Shown here: piece by piece, positions 34,259 through 48,855 of the stretch | Numbering within the stretch: position 1 is the stretch's first letter | How the letters are laid out: every line of letters starts with the position of its first letter | DNA from: Octopus sinensis | Lineage: Eukaryota | NCBI RefSeq assembly: GCF_006345805.1 | Contig: NC_043007.1 | Span: forward strand, 31,496,001 to 31,560,000 | Direction: 5' to 3' | Length of the DNA: 64,000 bases | Program-made: the position numbers and the translations under genes | The notes under the pieces: model-generated | What the model saw: only the letters and a program-made list of their open reading frames with translations | Databases searched by the model: none | Told to the model about the DNA's origin: nothing

Positions 34259-37200
34259 ACAAAGGTGAAGATATGTTCTGCATAGAGTGGTTACGTCCTT
34301 GCTGACCAGAAGTAAACGGATGTTGATAACGAGAGAGCTTTATAACTGGGACCTCCAACTCCAGCTGGCCGTTTATATCTGCTGATTTTATTACTCCATA
34401 TACAGTGTGAATGAAAATCCAATTAGAATTCTGATTAAGATCAGACAAATAACTAATTTAATAATTCATCTGTTATGCGGTATTTTTCTGTAGTTTGCCA
34501 AACTTAGACCATTTTCCGACTTCCCGACAGAATTTTAAAAGGTGTTTATCACTAAATAAATTATAAAGCGCTTTCAGAGTTTAAAGGCATCTGATGGGAC
34601 TTAGAGAAAATATCACAGAAAAAGAAAGATGGATATATTCACTCGATGTATAAAACATAATCAGTCTTTACTTTCTTTTGTGAAACCTGCTCCCAGTGAG
34701 AGCTTAAAGAAAAATTTATAAAATATATTTTTACCTTTTACTTGTTTCTATCATTGGATTGCGGCCAAGCTGGGGCAGTGCACTGAGACGGTTTTCAGTC
34801 GACCAAATCTACCTCAGTACTTATTTTTTAAATCTCGTACTTATTCTATCAGACTCTTTTGCCGAGCCGCTATATTTTTATATAGTGAGGTGTTTTTGTG
34901 TTTGTGTCTACTCTCCAACCACTTGAAAACCAATGTTGGTTCATTTACGGACCCGTGACATAGCGGGTCGGCAAAAGACTCCCATGAGAATAAATACCAG
35001 GTTTTTAAAAAATAAGCCCTGGGGCCGATTTGTATGGCTAACTCTACAAGGTGGAGGTCAATCATGTCCGCAATCCTGTACCTGAAACAGGTGTGTGTGT
35101 GCGCATGCGTGTATGTATACAGCTCTTTCTCTCAAATGCGGGCGCAAGCAGGGAGACAGAGAGTCATAAATATCTCAGCGTCGTCTGCCAAACTCTATGA
35201 CCGTATTCGTTCTGCATGGTATTTTGTTTGAGAAATTACACGGTAACCATGTATATTGATTAAATACAAGTATCTATGTACCAGGGTACTTAGTAGCGCT
35301 TGACCTTATTCATACCTTACAATTTAATGAGGTTGTTCATTAATATATGCGTGCAGACGAGCTCGCGTGTATTATTATAGCAACAGTTTATAACAGACTG
35401 AATTGATTCCAAACATCAGGTTTATGCGTCAGAACATAAATCTGAAAATTCTTAAACTAAGCTCCCCTTCTCTCTCTGTCTCTCTCTCCCTCTCTCTCTC
35501 TCTCTGTCTCTCCAACGAAAACCAGCAGAAGATTGTTGCTTCTATCGCTAGTCTCTTCCATTTCTCTCATTATTTTAGCCTCCTATATTTCTCAACCGAG
35601 AGTTAACAGTTGTCTGGGTTGGGAAAATGGCCGACTGCCAACTGATCCGAACTTCATCGTCGGCGTTGCGTCGTGTTTATGTTTGTGCGTTTGTATCAGA
35701 CTCTAAGATATTTTGTTCTCATCCGGTCCAGTTAATATAGATCTTGAATGGCAATATGTTTGATAAGAAAGGCTATATATATATACCTATTTTTTTTGCG
35801 TTCAATAGCCGCAGTATACACACTTTTTATTTTCTTAAATCGTGTATGAAATAAGATTTTCTTGAATTAGAAATTATTAATTTTATAAAAAAATCTTTAG
35901 AAGATGCAAATTAATCAACATTAACACTGATCTTCCATATATATATATTAGGAGTGGCTGTCTGGTAAGTAGCTTGCTCACCAACCAATGTGTGTGTGTG
36001 CGTGTGTGTGTGTGTGTGTGTGTTGTGTGTGTGTGTGTGTGTGTGAGTGTTTCTCAGTGAACACATTTCTACTTCAGGCTAGGCATTATGAAATCTCATA
36101 TTCTCAAAAGTACGACACAGTGCCCTTTGTATGTATGACTGACCTCATCTTCCTGGAATCGTGTTGCTGAAAACTACCAGCGAAATATCTAAGTTGTTGG
36201 GTGCGTACCAGGGGGTGAATGCGATTAAAGGGTGCATAAAGTTTAAAGGACAAATCGCCAAACAAATCATGTGTTTATTCAGAAATAGTTTCGATAATAA
36301 GATCGTTAACTGTACATTGGTATTCCAAATATTAAATTCCAAAGTATGACTTCTAATGTATTATCAAATTTTCTGTTGACGCTGAAAGGTCACCTGGGTA
36401 GTTATAGGCTCCACTGATATGTCGATGAGGGTACACATCAGTGTGGTCTGTCTGTATGTCTGTCTGTGTGCATTTCACATGTGTGTGTGTGTGTGTGTGC
36501 ATGCATGCATGCATGTATGTATGTATGTATGTACGTACGTGTGTGTGTGTGTATGTAGGTATGCATGTATGTATGTACGTACGTGTGTGTGTGTGTATGT
36601 AGGTATGTATGTATGTAGGTATGCATGTATGTAGGTATGTATGTATGTATGTTTGTTTGTCTGTTTGTGTAAAAAGGCGAATGAACTCAGTGATGATCCA
36701 ACAGCTGGGAGTTGGAGACCCAGATCCTTTGTTTAGACATCTCTCAAGGAGAAAGACGACTCTGATTCATTTGTATTCAATGATGTCGCCTAGTTCTTCT
36801 TTTTGGACAAAAGCCTACGTTGTTTAGTAAGTGGGAAGCCTTTTCTCACTTTAAAAATCCTGAGGCACAGGTATCGCTTGATTTTTGAACAGCTTTATTA
36901 TGCGTTGCATACCATGAATAGCTGTTGTCGATAAAGACAAAACATTTAATGAAAAATACCATGACGGAATGAAAGTATAAGTCAGCGTGAGTGGTAAGCT
37001 CTCTGAACACCTGCTGCATGAGGCGCCCATCATTGTCACATCCATTAGGATGATTAGCAGGATTGAAAAATCACATCTGTGCTGCTCCTATTTCGAAACC
37101 GAGTCGCAACCATCAGGTATGTATGAGTGTGTGCATATGGATGGGTGGGTGGATGGATGATAGAGGGATAGATGGATAGGCGTACGCATGCGTCTGTGTA

Positions 37201-37999
37201 TGTGTGTACGTCTGCGTTCCATCGGTATTCATTTATATAATGTAGGATTATGGTTTCTTCGTCACTGAAACTTCTTCCATTTTTATCTTCAAGACTGACC
37301 ATTCTACAGATTGCATTGTACTCTGTTATGGTAAGAGGCAACGATGTCATGCTTCAAGAATCTCTAAGTTTGTTTGTTTGTAGGTTATTATTCAGTTTAT
37401 TTCAAGATTTCTTGCCAATCGAGAAAGAACTGGTTTCTAACCTAGACCCAAGGTTCCTTCATTGGAATTTCAACATCAACTACAGAGTATGTATGTATGT
37501 ATGTATGTATGTATGTACAGGTGTGTATGTATGCCTACATACTTATCACTTATCACTTTCTAAGTGCGTAGGCGAGAGAAAGAGAGAGAGAGGGGGAGGG
37601 GGGATGAGATAGTCAAACAGACAAACAGACAGACAGACAGAAAGCACGCCAGAGACAACGACGATTATGTTAAGTAGCCAAGCGGAAGTCGACCAGCTAT
37701 CTCGGTTGGTCACCACTTATGCGGCCGGAAAATAATACTGGATGCATCCGTTTATTTCAAAGCATTTCTTTCAGATCATAATTTATTTTTTGTTAATTTA
37801 CATTTCAACTGAAATTGTAGACATTAAGAAAAAGGAGGGGCGGGAATTTAGTTCAATAATTCCTGATGAAACATTGAATACAGAGATTACGTGCGATATT
37901 CTTGGATATTCGGAGATAGACGCACATTTTGGTGATCAAGGATTCCATCTCAGTACGAAGTGAGCAGTTGCCATTAGTGTTGGCGCTGTCGTTTTTCTT

Positions 38000-38036
<37 letters not shown>

Positions 38037-38246
38037 TTCTATCTATCTATATATATATATCTATCTTATATGTGTGTGTGTATGTGTGTATGTACGCCAA
38101 GCACACACTTTTTTTTATTAAACCTCCAGCAGAGTGTTTGTCTAGTGACTCGGGTCTCATGTCACTGCGACCAGGCAAACTCTAAACTTCAGTTTTAATT
38201 AATTAAATAAATGAACGTATATATATATATATATGTGTGTGTGTGT

Positions 38247-38312
<66 letters not shown>

Positions 38313-39329
38313 TATATATATATAATGGATAATATGTATTTATGTCCTCTACATGTATTGAGCACTCCTTCCTCATTCGTCCGACATTAAGCAACGTAAA
38401 TATACACCCGGTTATATTTCTGCAAACAGTAACTCTCTACTCGAATGGGTTATGGAGCCCAAAGAATGAAAGTAACAGGAAAAAGTGTTAAATGTCTTTT
38501 CCAGGTGGTATTTATTAAGTCAGACATGGCGTACGCCAATTCTGGCCGAATCTTATCTAACTAAGTGACTATATATACGCGCGGGCGTAAGTGTATTCAG
38601 CTTAGATCAAGTAGTCCTGACCAAGCAGATTTATGATAATCTTATTTTTCTTTATTTTTATGCCTAACAAGGTCTACTATCTTATCTAGTGTCTTACATG
38701 TCATTTTTTTTAAGATAGTAAAGTATGATTTGAGGGATACTTAGCTGCTACTTCAAGCAGGTTGAACGCTCGCGAAAAGGTTCGTTCGTTGACCCTCCCT
38801 AACAGTTGTTTAATTACTTAGATAACGGCGTGTTCCTAGCAAACTCACATCCGCTTTCTCTGAATTCATTTCTGGAGTAAAGAAAAAATTTCTGTATTTG
38901 ATAGCATTAAAGACACATTTTCATGTTAGACGCATCCCAATTTCAGCTCTGCAGATTCAGTTAAAACCATTTTTTAGTACAGTGAAGCAAGTAATATCGG
39001 TTGAACTTCGCATAAAAGATGCGGGATGATTTTCTTAGGAAACATTTTTTGAGAAAAAATGTGCACCATATATTAAATCAAATACGGTGTTTTTGATGAC
39101 GTTGACCGCTGTAACATCTTTACTTGATGAAAGGCAGAATTCTGACTCGTAGCCATTGTTATTCATATATGCAAGTTCTGGTATTTAACCGCCGGTAAGC
39201 TTTGATGGAGCAAACTTGTAATCAGATGTACTCCATCCTTGACAATGCCATTTTTTTCACGGACTTCACTTATCATATCTGTTTCTCTCTTTCTTTCCCC
39301 CTCTCTCTCTATTTCGTTCTTTCTCTGAT

Positions 39330-39369
<40 letters not shown>

Positions 39370-39372
39370 GAT

Positions 39373-39403
<31 letters not shown>

Positions 39404-40621
39404 TTCTCTCACTCTCCTTCCCTTTTCCCAAAGATTGTAGATATGAGGGCAATGTAGTTGTAGCTATCTGTGACACCAGTACCTGAGCAGACACTGAAAT
39501 TCTAGATATATTCTGATGGCAGGATCGGCTGCTATGTCTAGGCTCGGATATCTGTCACTGATAAGGCCAAAGGAGGTCAAAATTACGTGATCTGGTAGTG
39601 GACGGTTATTACCTCCCAGCGATATGAATACAAGAGCTTTCATGCACCACAATTCCGTACAAGGGATCCTCTCATGGTAAATAACACAGTTTCCTGTTCT
39701 AACACAACATCCACTTTAAGTAGGAGATAAATATTATCTTTTGATATTTACACTGCTTCGTCGTTATAAATTATTGGTTGAATCTTGTTTTTCTCTTGGT
39801 TATTTGACTTAAATCTTTAATGATATACCAAACGCTTGGAAGTGTGTTGAAAGATTGTACGCATTCTGTTCATTTGCATGGAGTCAACACACCCCTAAAG
39901 TGATATCTATAATACATTAAAAGTCAGTTTGAATCTTGCTTGCTTGCTTGCAATGTTACCCAGCCAAACTGGCGCATAATGGGAAAATACTATGAATTAA
40001 GTTTACCCTGAAATGTTAATACGAATGGAGTAAAACAAGTTTCGCGTAAATCAAACTAGTAATTTTAGAGATATTAGAGGTCTTCGGGTATAAATACCCA
40101 AAACGGTGCATAATGGGAAAATATTCCGAAAATAATCATAATCCTGAAAGGAAAGAAACTCTTATTTTTTTTATTAGACACACTAACTCGACAATGGAAA
40201 AATACAAGTTTTTTACAGTAAATGTTTCTATTTTCGCTTTTCTTAAACACAATATTTTAATCATTTAGAAATATTTCTAAGTGAATGTGGTTTCAAAAAT
40301 GTAAGTTGTTTGTACAGTAAGTATTTATATTTTAGCTTTCTTTAAACAGACAATATTTTAATGTGTTTTAAAATTATTTTCAAGTAAATACCATTACAAA
40401 CATTTTTTTGGCATATTTAAAGAATATTTTAAAGTGAAAATTACTTTAAAAATATAGTAAATATTTCTATACACGCACACACTGACATAATACATACATA
40501 TACATATACGTATACATATAGATAGATAGATACATACATACATACATACATACATACATACATACATACATACATACATACATACATACATACATACATA
40601 CATACGTACGTACGTACGTAC

Positions 40622-40642
<21 letters not shown>

Positions 40643-40652
<10 letters not shown>

Positions 40653-40905
40653 TATTCGAGACAAAACCACTATTTTGCAAAACAAACAAGGAAAGACTTA
40701 ATCAATACATAAATTTTAATAAATAGTCATTTTTTGACTATTTATTAAAATTTATGTATTGATTAAGTCTTTCCTTGTTTGTTTTGCAAAATAGTGGTTT
40801 TGTCTCGAATAATATTTTATAATATTTTACTATAAAATCGATTTAATCCTAAATCTGATTTTTTCCCTGTAAATTTGGATTTATTCCCTAATATTTATTA
40901 TTATT
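40643..40905. mobile_element. Fold-back element P5 with a perfect 87-bp inverted repeat
   Basis: 40643-40729 is the exact reverse complement of 40735-40821; loop TTTTT; (TA)n on both flanks. Confidence 0.8.
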
Positions 40906-41739
40906 ATATATATATAATATATATATATATATAATATATATGAATTGTACATGAAAACAATGCGCAATTTTGTCGACCATCTTTACGGGGGCGATAAAAC
41001 GAGGCGCTTGTGTCGACTTGATATTCCATAAAAGCATCCTGGCAGCGAATGAAATTATATTAGAAGAATTACAATGTGGAAATGGTAATAAGGTTTTGAG
41101 TATACTGTAGGGTGTGTATTTCCAAGCGACATATTTGTATTTAAAAAGAAAAACAAAAGCATTAGTCACCAAGCCTAGATAATAGTAATAATAGCAGGGT
41201 TCATCACCGCTAAACTATACGATCGGCAGCAGTTGTTGGCCTGAGTCATATGGAAACTATTTGTAGAAATAAACGACAGAGACACCTTATATTTTGAACG
41301 TTTTGTTATGTTGGAATTTCTACCATCTGTTGACATTTTACCGAGTTTATATTCCAAATGACAGCAAATAGAATGTTGGAGACAATTATTTGCTTGTTGC
41401 ATTGTTCCTGATATTGTTGTTGTTGTTGTTACTGTTGTTGTTATTGTTGTTGTTGTTACTGCTGTTGTTGTTGTCGTTGTTTGTGCTTTCCTTGTCGTCG
41501 TTGGTGTTTCAGCCCTGAAGTAATCTCTGATAAAGCAGAGATTTAATCAAAAGTGTTACATGCTTGACCATCCTAAATTTCCCTTTATCAACGAAGAACT
41601 ATGTTGCCCAGTGCGCCCTTCCCGCTTTTTAAGATTAAAGGATGTAATTTTGAGAAATATTTGGCAGTTATGTTTAACGGATCGATGTGTTATGCGGAAG
41701 TTCCCTGGTTTTATAAAACACCTCAGCATATTCCTGTTC

Positions 41740-42188
41740 GGGATCTTTTCAGTTTGACCGGTAGTTTTTTTAAATAATTTCCACGTAACTAAACACTTTT
41801 AAACTTCGTATACTGGTAGAATGTGTTACATTAAACATCTTTTTCTCTTGGCTTTCTTGAGAAAATTCTATAGTTTGTAAGATATTTGTTGTTTTTTTTC
41901 TACAATTTCTGCAATTTCAACCAATCAATGACGTCTATGAGGTGAAAACATTCTGTGCCGTATGAATATGTTCCTCGTTTAAGAAACAGATTGGGTTTAT
42001 TTACATTTTTGAAGAAAAAAAAGATACCCTTCCCCCCACCCCTAACCCTAACCCTAACTAACCCTAATTCTAACCCTAGCCCTAAAACAGATTGAAATGC
42101 AAATAGATCGATACTAGGGTCATAATTATGGGTGACAATTTCATATGACACCGCTAGAAAAAACTGCCATTCAAACCGAAAAGATCCC
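41740..42188. mobile_element. Non-autonomous DNA transposon with GGGATC termini and 6-bp TSD CTGTTC
   Basis: Ends gggatcttttcagtttga and tcaaaccgaaaagatccc; ctgttc at 41734-41739 and 42189-42194; left ~200 bp homologous to the 29572 element. Confidence 0.88.
42040..42084. repeat. Degenerate (CCCTAA)n telomere-like tract inside the transposon
   Basis: ccctaaccctaaccctaactaaccctaattctaaccctagcccta. Confidence 0.8.
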
Positions 42189-44253
42189 CTGTTCGTCCTA
42201 CCTTAATCTAATACTGGATTAACCTAGTAGTAAGAAGAGGCCTCGCATTTCAAGAGATCCATACCAAGAACTGTATTATTGTACTAATTTTTACGTTTGT
42301 AAACGACGAGGTGTTTAAGATTAATCTAACTCTCAGAATACTTTTTTGAGATCCAACAAAATTTTAATTACACAAATTACAATAATTACATTGAATGGTA
42401 AATGCTAAATTAAACAGACTTCATTTTCGTCGGTCGTTAATTAAAAGACTTGCTATTCTCTTTATCTCAACTAGTTGTGCAATAACTGAGCTTAATTATT
42501 ATTTTTCTCATAAATAAGATCGGTTGAACGAACCAGATTATTAATAATATATTACAGAGACCGTAATGCGTTCTTTAATCGTTTCCATTGATTCAAATGG
42601 AGACTTTTTAGACAGGTATGGATCAGTATGTTAGGGGCAGTTTTGCTCCTTTAACCTTTTACTGTTTAGTTTACTAAACAGCAAAAGGTTAAAGGCACAA
42701 TTAGGGAATAAATATTTGTAGCGTTACAAAAAGAATCCGTTGTGTGCAACAGAAACGGATTAAAATAACCATCTGTGTTTCATACTTTACCTAAATACAC
42801 CGCGAAAAGTAAATTTTTCTGCGGTATTTAACTGTATATAATATCTTTATGGACGTGCTGTGTTTAGAAACACAATATGGCAGAGGTAGACGAAAATCGT
42901 CCTGGCAGTGGCTGGTTGGGAATGCTAAGTGTGCATTTCTGCATCATTGAGCGTCGTCAGTTTGCATGTATTTACAGTCAGCCACATGTCTTTCCATATT
43001 CCACATTAGACCACAGAAACAAATTTACATTATATTAGGGTTGCGTATCTAAAGAGAATGTTTAACTCCTTCATTTTAGTTGCTTAGAAACAATGTCCTA
43101 CATTAGTGAATTTGCATAATGTTGTAGCATTTATACTTTGTAGTTTTAGGGTTTTTGTTTAAACGAAATAAGATTCTACAGATGAAGGGTCCGTTCGTTC
43201 AAATTCGTCACATAATTTACCGTATCCAAGCCGTTCGGTTGCAGGATTAACCATCTCAATATCTCAAACACGTTGACTAAACGATAAATATCATCCTTTA
43301 GGTGAAATGATAAATAATACCGACGATGGCTTGCATATTCTTAATACGTTCAGGCAGATTCAAACATGACCATGCTGTTCCCTGTTGTGTTGCGTCATAG
43401 GAGAACAGCTGTTCCTCTACGACGAATGTGCGTTCATTAGCGCAAAGGATTTTCGGACACCCTGTGTTTCGATCTCGTTATGTCTCATCAGTCATAAGCA
43501 CTCCAAAACTAATGAATCGATTAACAGTCGGTGCTTTTGTATTCATTTCGATTACCATGCATGCTGATTATATATATTGGTCCTTCAAACACACAAATGA
43601 ATCTATAAACATAATTATAATTCAATAAAGTAGCTATGTTTCTAATTTAAGGTCCCCTTCCTTAATATAGAGTCCTTTTATAACATACGCTACAGTCCCT
43701 GCTGTGTGTTCATCTCTAAGGCGACAATTATGTTTCTTCATCGCCCTCCTTCTTTTCCCTTAATCTCTCCCACTCATTGCCCCTTGGCCCCGTTTTTTCA
43801 TCCATATCCATCTACTTTTCCTCATCCATTCCACGCACCCCGTTTTCCCTTTACTTCGTGCCTATTACTTTTTCCCTTCACCTCCCATCCCCTCTTATGT
43901 ATTTCGGGTTCTGTTTACGTTCTATAGGGGGGTCTGAATTTATTATCCCGCTGGGGGCCGTCTTTGCCTTTCAAACCTCCAGGGTTGTTAAAACAAGTAT
44001 CAGTCATGAAGAACTGGGTCGACTTAAGTCTACCAAAAAATTTCTGGTTTTACGCTAATGATAGAATACAGCAATAACAACAACAACGACAACGATAACA
44101 ATGATGATGATGATGATGATAATGGTTTCTTTATCGGCCACAATCGTCGCGGAAGTATTTAGGGTAATACAAAGGCAAGATATATCTCAGCGAATTTGCA
44201 GTGAAGAAGCACCAGTAGCACCAGCAGCAGCAACAAAGACAACAATAACAATA

Positions 44254-44888
44254 ATCCTTTCTAAAATAGGCGCAAGGCCTGAAATTTTAAGGAGTGGCGA
44301 GTGGGGGGGTATGGGGGGTCTAGTCGATTACATTGACTCCAGTGTTCAATTGATGCTTATTTTACCGATAGGCGTAACAGTGGCTGTGAGGTAAGTAGCT
44401 TGCTTATCAACCACATGGTTCCGAGTTCAGTCCCACTGTGTGGCACCTTGGAATTCTACTATAGCCTCGAGCCGACCAAAGCCTTGTGAGTGGATTTGGT
44501 AGACGGAAACTGAAAGAAGCCTGTCGTATATATGTATATATATGTATATATATATGTATGTGTGTGAGTATGTTTGTGTTCCCCCCGCCAGCATCGCTTG
44601 ACAACTGATGCTGGTGTGTTTACGTCCCCGTCACTTAGCGGTTTGGCAAAAGAGACCGATATAAGTACTAGGCTTACAAAGAATAAGCCCTGGGGTCGAT
44701 TTGCTTGACTAAAGGCGGTGCTCCAGCATTGCCACAATCAAATGACTGAAACAAGTAAAAGAGTAATCCCGAAAGGATGAAAGGCAAAGTCGACCTCGGC
44801 GGAATTTGAACTCAGAACGTAGCGGCAGACGAAATACTGCTAAGCATTTCGCCCAGTGTGCTAACATTTCTGCCAGCTCGTCGCCTTA
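44254..44888 (-). mobile_element. SINE family B split by a SINE A insertion
   Basis: The B 3' part (44254-44369) and B 5' part (44767-44888) are continuous once the A copy is removed. Confidence 0.8.
44371..44766 (+). mobile_element. SINE family A, near full length
   Basis: Head through gactgaaacaagtaaaagagta. Confidence 0.9.
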
Positions 44889-45351
44889 AAACAACAACAA
44901 AATAATAATAATCATAATAATAATCGACGCAGTCATCATCATCATCATCATCACTACAATCGCCATTGTCATTATCATTGTCGTCATCATGTCTTCTCTT
45001 TTCCTCATTATAATTGTTGTTGGTGTCGGTGTTGTTATCGTCTTCCTGTTATTTAATCTAAAACACTGGACACTTTGTGTGTAAAAATGAAGAAATAAAA
45101 ATTCACACCCAAAACAAACAGAGAGAGCACAATGTGGATATTGTCACATGAGAGAGCAGATTGTGGCCCTCGTATGAACCACACCTTCTTAGCAAATCTC
45201 ATTCGCCAAATAACTTTTCTCTCCAGAGACTAATGACGCAAAAGTTGAATTTACAAGCCATGCTGGATTCTACTTTAGCTCCATAAACAGAATCGCGAGA
45301 GGTTAGGATTTCATGAAAGGCGATGAAAAGTTGGAGAGATTCTGTTTGACT

Positions 45352-45409
<58 letters not shown>

Positions 45410-45542
45410 CCACCCTCACCACCACCACCACCACCACCATCACCTCCACCGCTTCCAATCAGTTAAGATCAGAAGCCACGAGAGCCACTGCCTGGTACTG
45501 CATCAGGACATTTATTATTATCATCATTATTATTATTATTAT

Positions 45543-45845
45543 TAAGGCGGCGAGCTGGCAGTATCGTTAGCGCGCCGGACGAAATGCGTAGCCGTATTTT
45601 TCCCGTCGCTACGTTCTGAGTTCAAATTCTGCCGAGGTCGACTTTGCCTTTCATCCTTTCGGGGTCGATAAAATAAGTACCAGTTGAATACTAGGGTCGA
45701 TGTAACTGACTCATTCCTTCCCTCAAAATTGCTGCCCTTGTGGCAAAATTTGAAACCATTGCATTTCATCGTTTCCGTATCGGGGGTTAATGTATTCGAT
45801 TTATTCTCACCCCTGAATTTGTTGGCCTTGTGCCAAAATTTGAAA

Positions 45846-45850
<5 letters not shown>
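45543..45850 (+). mobile_element. SINE family B plus a partial repeat of its 3' end
   Basis: aaggcggcgagctggcag...ggtcgactttgcctttcatcctttcggggtcgataaaataagtaccag...caaaatttgaaacc twice. Confidence 0.88.
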
Positions 45851-45902
<52 letters not shown>

Positions 45903-46839
45903 CTGAGCGCGCACGCATGTGTCAGTCATTAAGATAGGTGCTTCACGGGGGTATGAGTTCTAGCAACACTGGCGCTGACTAGTGCCCTCAGCCACTCTAG
46001 TGACGTATGTATTCCTGCCTTTCGTTTGTAAAATTGCGAATAAGCCACCCTTATTACACAGACCCACACACATGAGTGTGCATGTGTTCGTATATGTGTG
46101 TGTGTGTGTGTGTGTATTGAAAAGAGAGCACAACGGAGTTTCCAGTGTCGCATTTACCACGATACAATAGGTAAATTTTGACAGTCTTCGTGTTGTTTCA
46201 TTTTTTTAATTAATAAAAATATGTTACCTAATTAAAAAAAAACTAATAATTTGCCTATATTGTATGTTGATACGTTTTTAAAAAATAATTAAGCTTTTAC
46301 TTAAAACTTTTCCTTTGCTTATTTTTGTATGGCACACGAAGTTTTGTTAGCCATTAAATATAGCAGCACGTGTTACCGGTCACGTGTCTCATTATATCCA
46401 GAGCTCATTGTCCCGAGATTTTAAATATTTTTCACAGCCAAAAATATTCGTAAAAATTCATCAGATTTGATTGGGCTTCCCATCAAATATCTGTGGGAAT
46501 ATCTGTGACATTCAATATTTGGCAACTTTTGTGTTAAATAAATATAAAAATAGAAAAAGACAAACTTGAACAAAACGAAAACAGGTTTGTATTTAGTGTC
46601 GTCTGCTCTCTGAGATGCCATCTTTTGTTTTATCTTTATTCGTTTCTGTCACTGGAACACGGACATGTTCGGACCTCATCTGGAAAGTTTTAGTCGGACA
46701 AATGGACCTCAGTACTCATGTTTTAAATGTCTGGATCTTATTCTTTTCGTCTCTTTTGTTGAACCGTCAAGTTAGGAGGATGTGTATGTGTATACATACA
46801 TATATGTATGTGTATGTGTGTGTGCGTGTTTGTGTGTGT

Positions 46840-46888
<49 letters not shown>

Positions 46889-47049
46889 TGTGTGTATGAT
46901 GGGATTCCACACAATTTCCGTTACCAAATTCACTCACCAGCCTAGGAGTATAGCAGAAGGCACTATCCAAATTGCCATGCAGTGGAACGAAGTCGAAATC
47001 AAGCGGTTGTGAAGCAATCTTCTTAAGCAAACAGCCATGCTGTTGCCTA

Positions 47050-47405
47050 TTCTTTTGCTTTTTATTCTTTTACTTGTTTCAGTCGTTTGACAGCGGCCAG
47101 GCTGGAGCACCGCCTTGAAGGGTTTTAGTCGAACAAATCGGACCCAGGACTTTTTTTAAAGCCTAGTACTTATTCTGTTCGTCTCAAGTATTCTTTCCTA
47201 TTCTAGGCACAAGGCCCGAAATTTTGGGGGAGGGGCAGTCTATTAGATCGACCCCAGTGCGTAACTGGTACTTAATTTATCGACCCCGAAAGGATGAAAG
47301 GCATCGACCTCGACGGAATTTGAACTCAGGAACGTAAAGATAGACGAAATACTGCTAAGCATTTCGCCCGACGTGCTAACGTTTCTACCAGCTTACTGCC
47401 TTATT
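47050..47405 (-). mobile_element. SINE A 3' fragment (47050-47180) adjacent to SINE B (47185-47405)
   Basis: Diagnostic motifs of both families. Confidence 0.85.
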
Positions 47406-48148
47406 CAAGATTCAAGGGTTGGGATCTCTGTAATCGATTAAACCCCCTCCAACACCAAAAAAAAATAAAAATTAATGAATAAGTAAAAAATTGCTGGCCT
47501 CGTTCCAAAATTTGAAAAAGCGATTCATTTTCACCCGAGTGGGAAGAGAATAAATCTGAACTGAAGTCCTAAATATAACTTCTCAACTACACAAGTCTAA
47601 ATATTCAAATATCATCGCTGAGCTGCCTGGGTTTGGGAAGATCTATTTCTTTTGTTACAATAAGCAAACACCCAAAGCGAAGCAAGTTTATTCCGAATGC
47701 TAATAATACAAAGGCGTCTTTATTTGGGAAAATATATCTGATATCACTTGCGATTCCATTATTTAGGAATGTACACATAATAAGTGTATAATGACACTAT
47801 TGTTTTGGTAATTCTCTTGTTTCTTTCAGTTTTAGAAGTAAAGTGTTTGGGAAAGCAGCGTTTCTCTCGTTCTATTGTTTATGGAAATGTGTCTTGTATT
47901 AATAGGATCGCCATTGTTTGGTGGAAACTCCTCTTCGTTAACGGAGTGTTAAGAATACGGTTGGTTTTTTTTTTTGAAAAAGTGACACGAAATAAGTGAT
48001 TTGCGATAGGGAAACAAAACATGTGTGTGCGAGAGAGGGAGAAAGAGAGAGAGAGAGAGAGAGAGTGTGTGTGTGTGCATACATATACACTGACATGCGT
48101 ATATATTTGTATGCATACACACATACAACACACATACACACACAAACA

Positions 48149-48275
<127 letters not shown>

Positions 48276-48435
48276 GGGCGTACATATATATATTCATATG
48301 TATATTCTATATACGTGTGAATGGTGATGTATCTGTTACATAACTAATATGATTATGAAACAGCTGTAAACTAATACAGTAAACATCACTTCTCGCACCT
48401 GATTCCTCTCATCTGTTATATATTATATATATATA

Positions 48436-48504
<69 letters not shown>

Positions 48505-48710
48505 CGTGTGTGTATCGTTGGCGATTTTTTTCCCTCCGTCTTCTCTTCCTTGGACCTTTCCTACTCCTATGTTTCTGACGAAGAGCTCCTCTCGAAACGT
48601 TAAATCCTCCTTCTTTCTTTCCTTTCCCGAGGGTCCAATAACACTATACTTGTTCCACGTCCTCGCGTTGTTGTGTTTTCTCTTTGTGTTTTCATGTTTG
48701 GATTAACTTT
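48505..48710 (+). mobile_element. Family P1 element between two long (TA)n tracts
   Basis: Aligns with 2195-2405. Confidence 0.75.
48571..48605 (+). ncRNA. Minimal hammerhead motif (helix II shortened to 3 bp)
   Basis: GTTT | CTGACGA | A | GAG-ctcct-CTC | GAAA-CGTT | AAAT. Confidence 0.55.
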
Positions 48711-48760
48711 ATATATATATATACATACATACATACATATATACATACATATATATATAT

Positions 48761-48855
<95 letters not shown>

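Noticed and set aside
38505-38586. Apparent exon (ttttccAG ... GTAAGT) in phase with the 30444 exon
   Set aside because: The sequence is a copy of the short repeat also found at 51-123 and contains an in-frame stop before the strong donor
42040-42084. Interstitial telomere or chromosome-fusion scar
   Set aside because: Short, degenerate and internal to a TIR/TSD-bounded transposon
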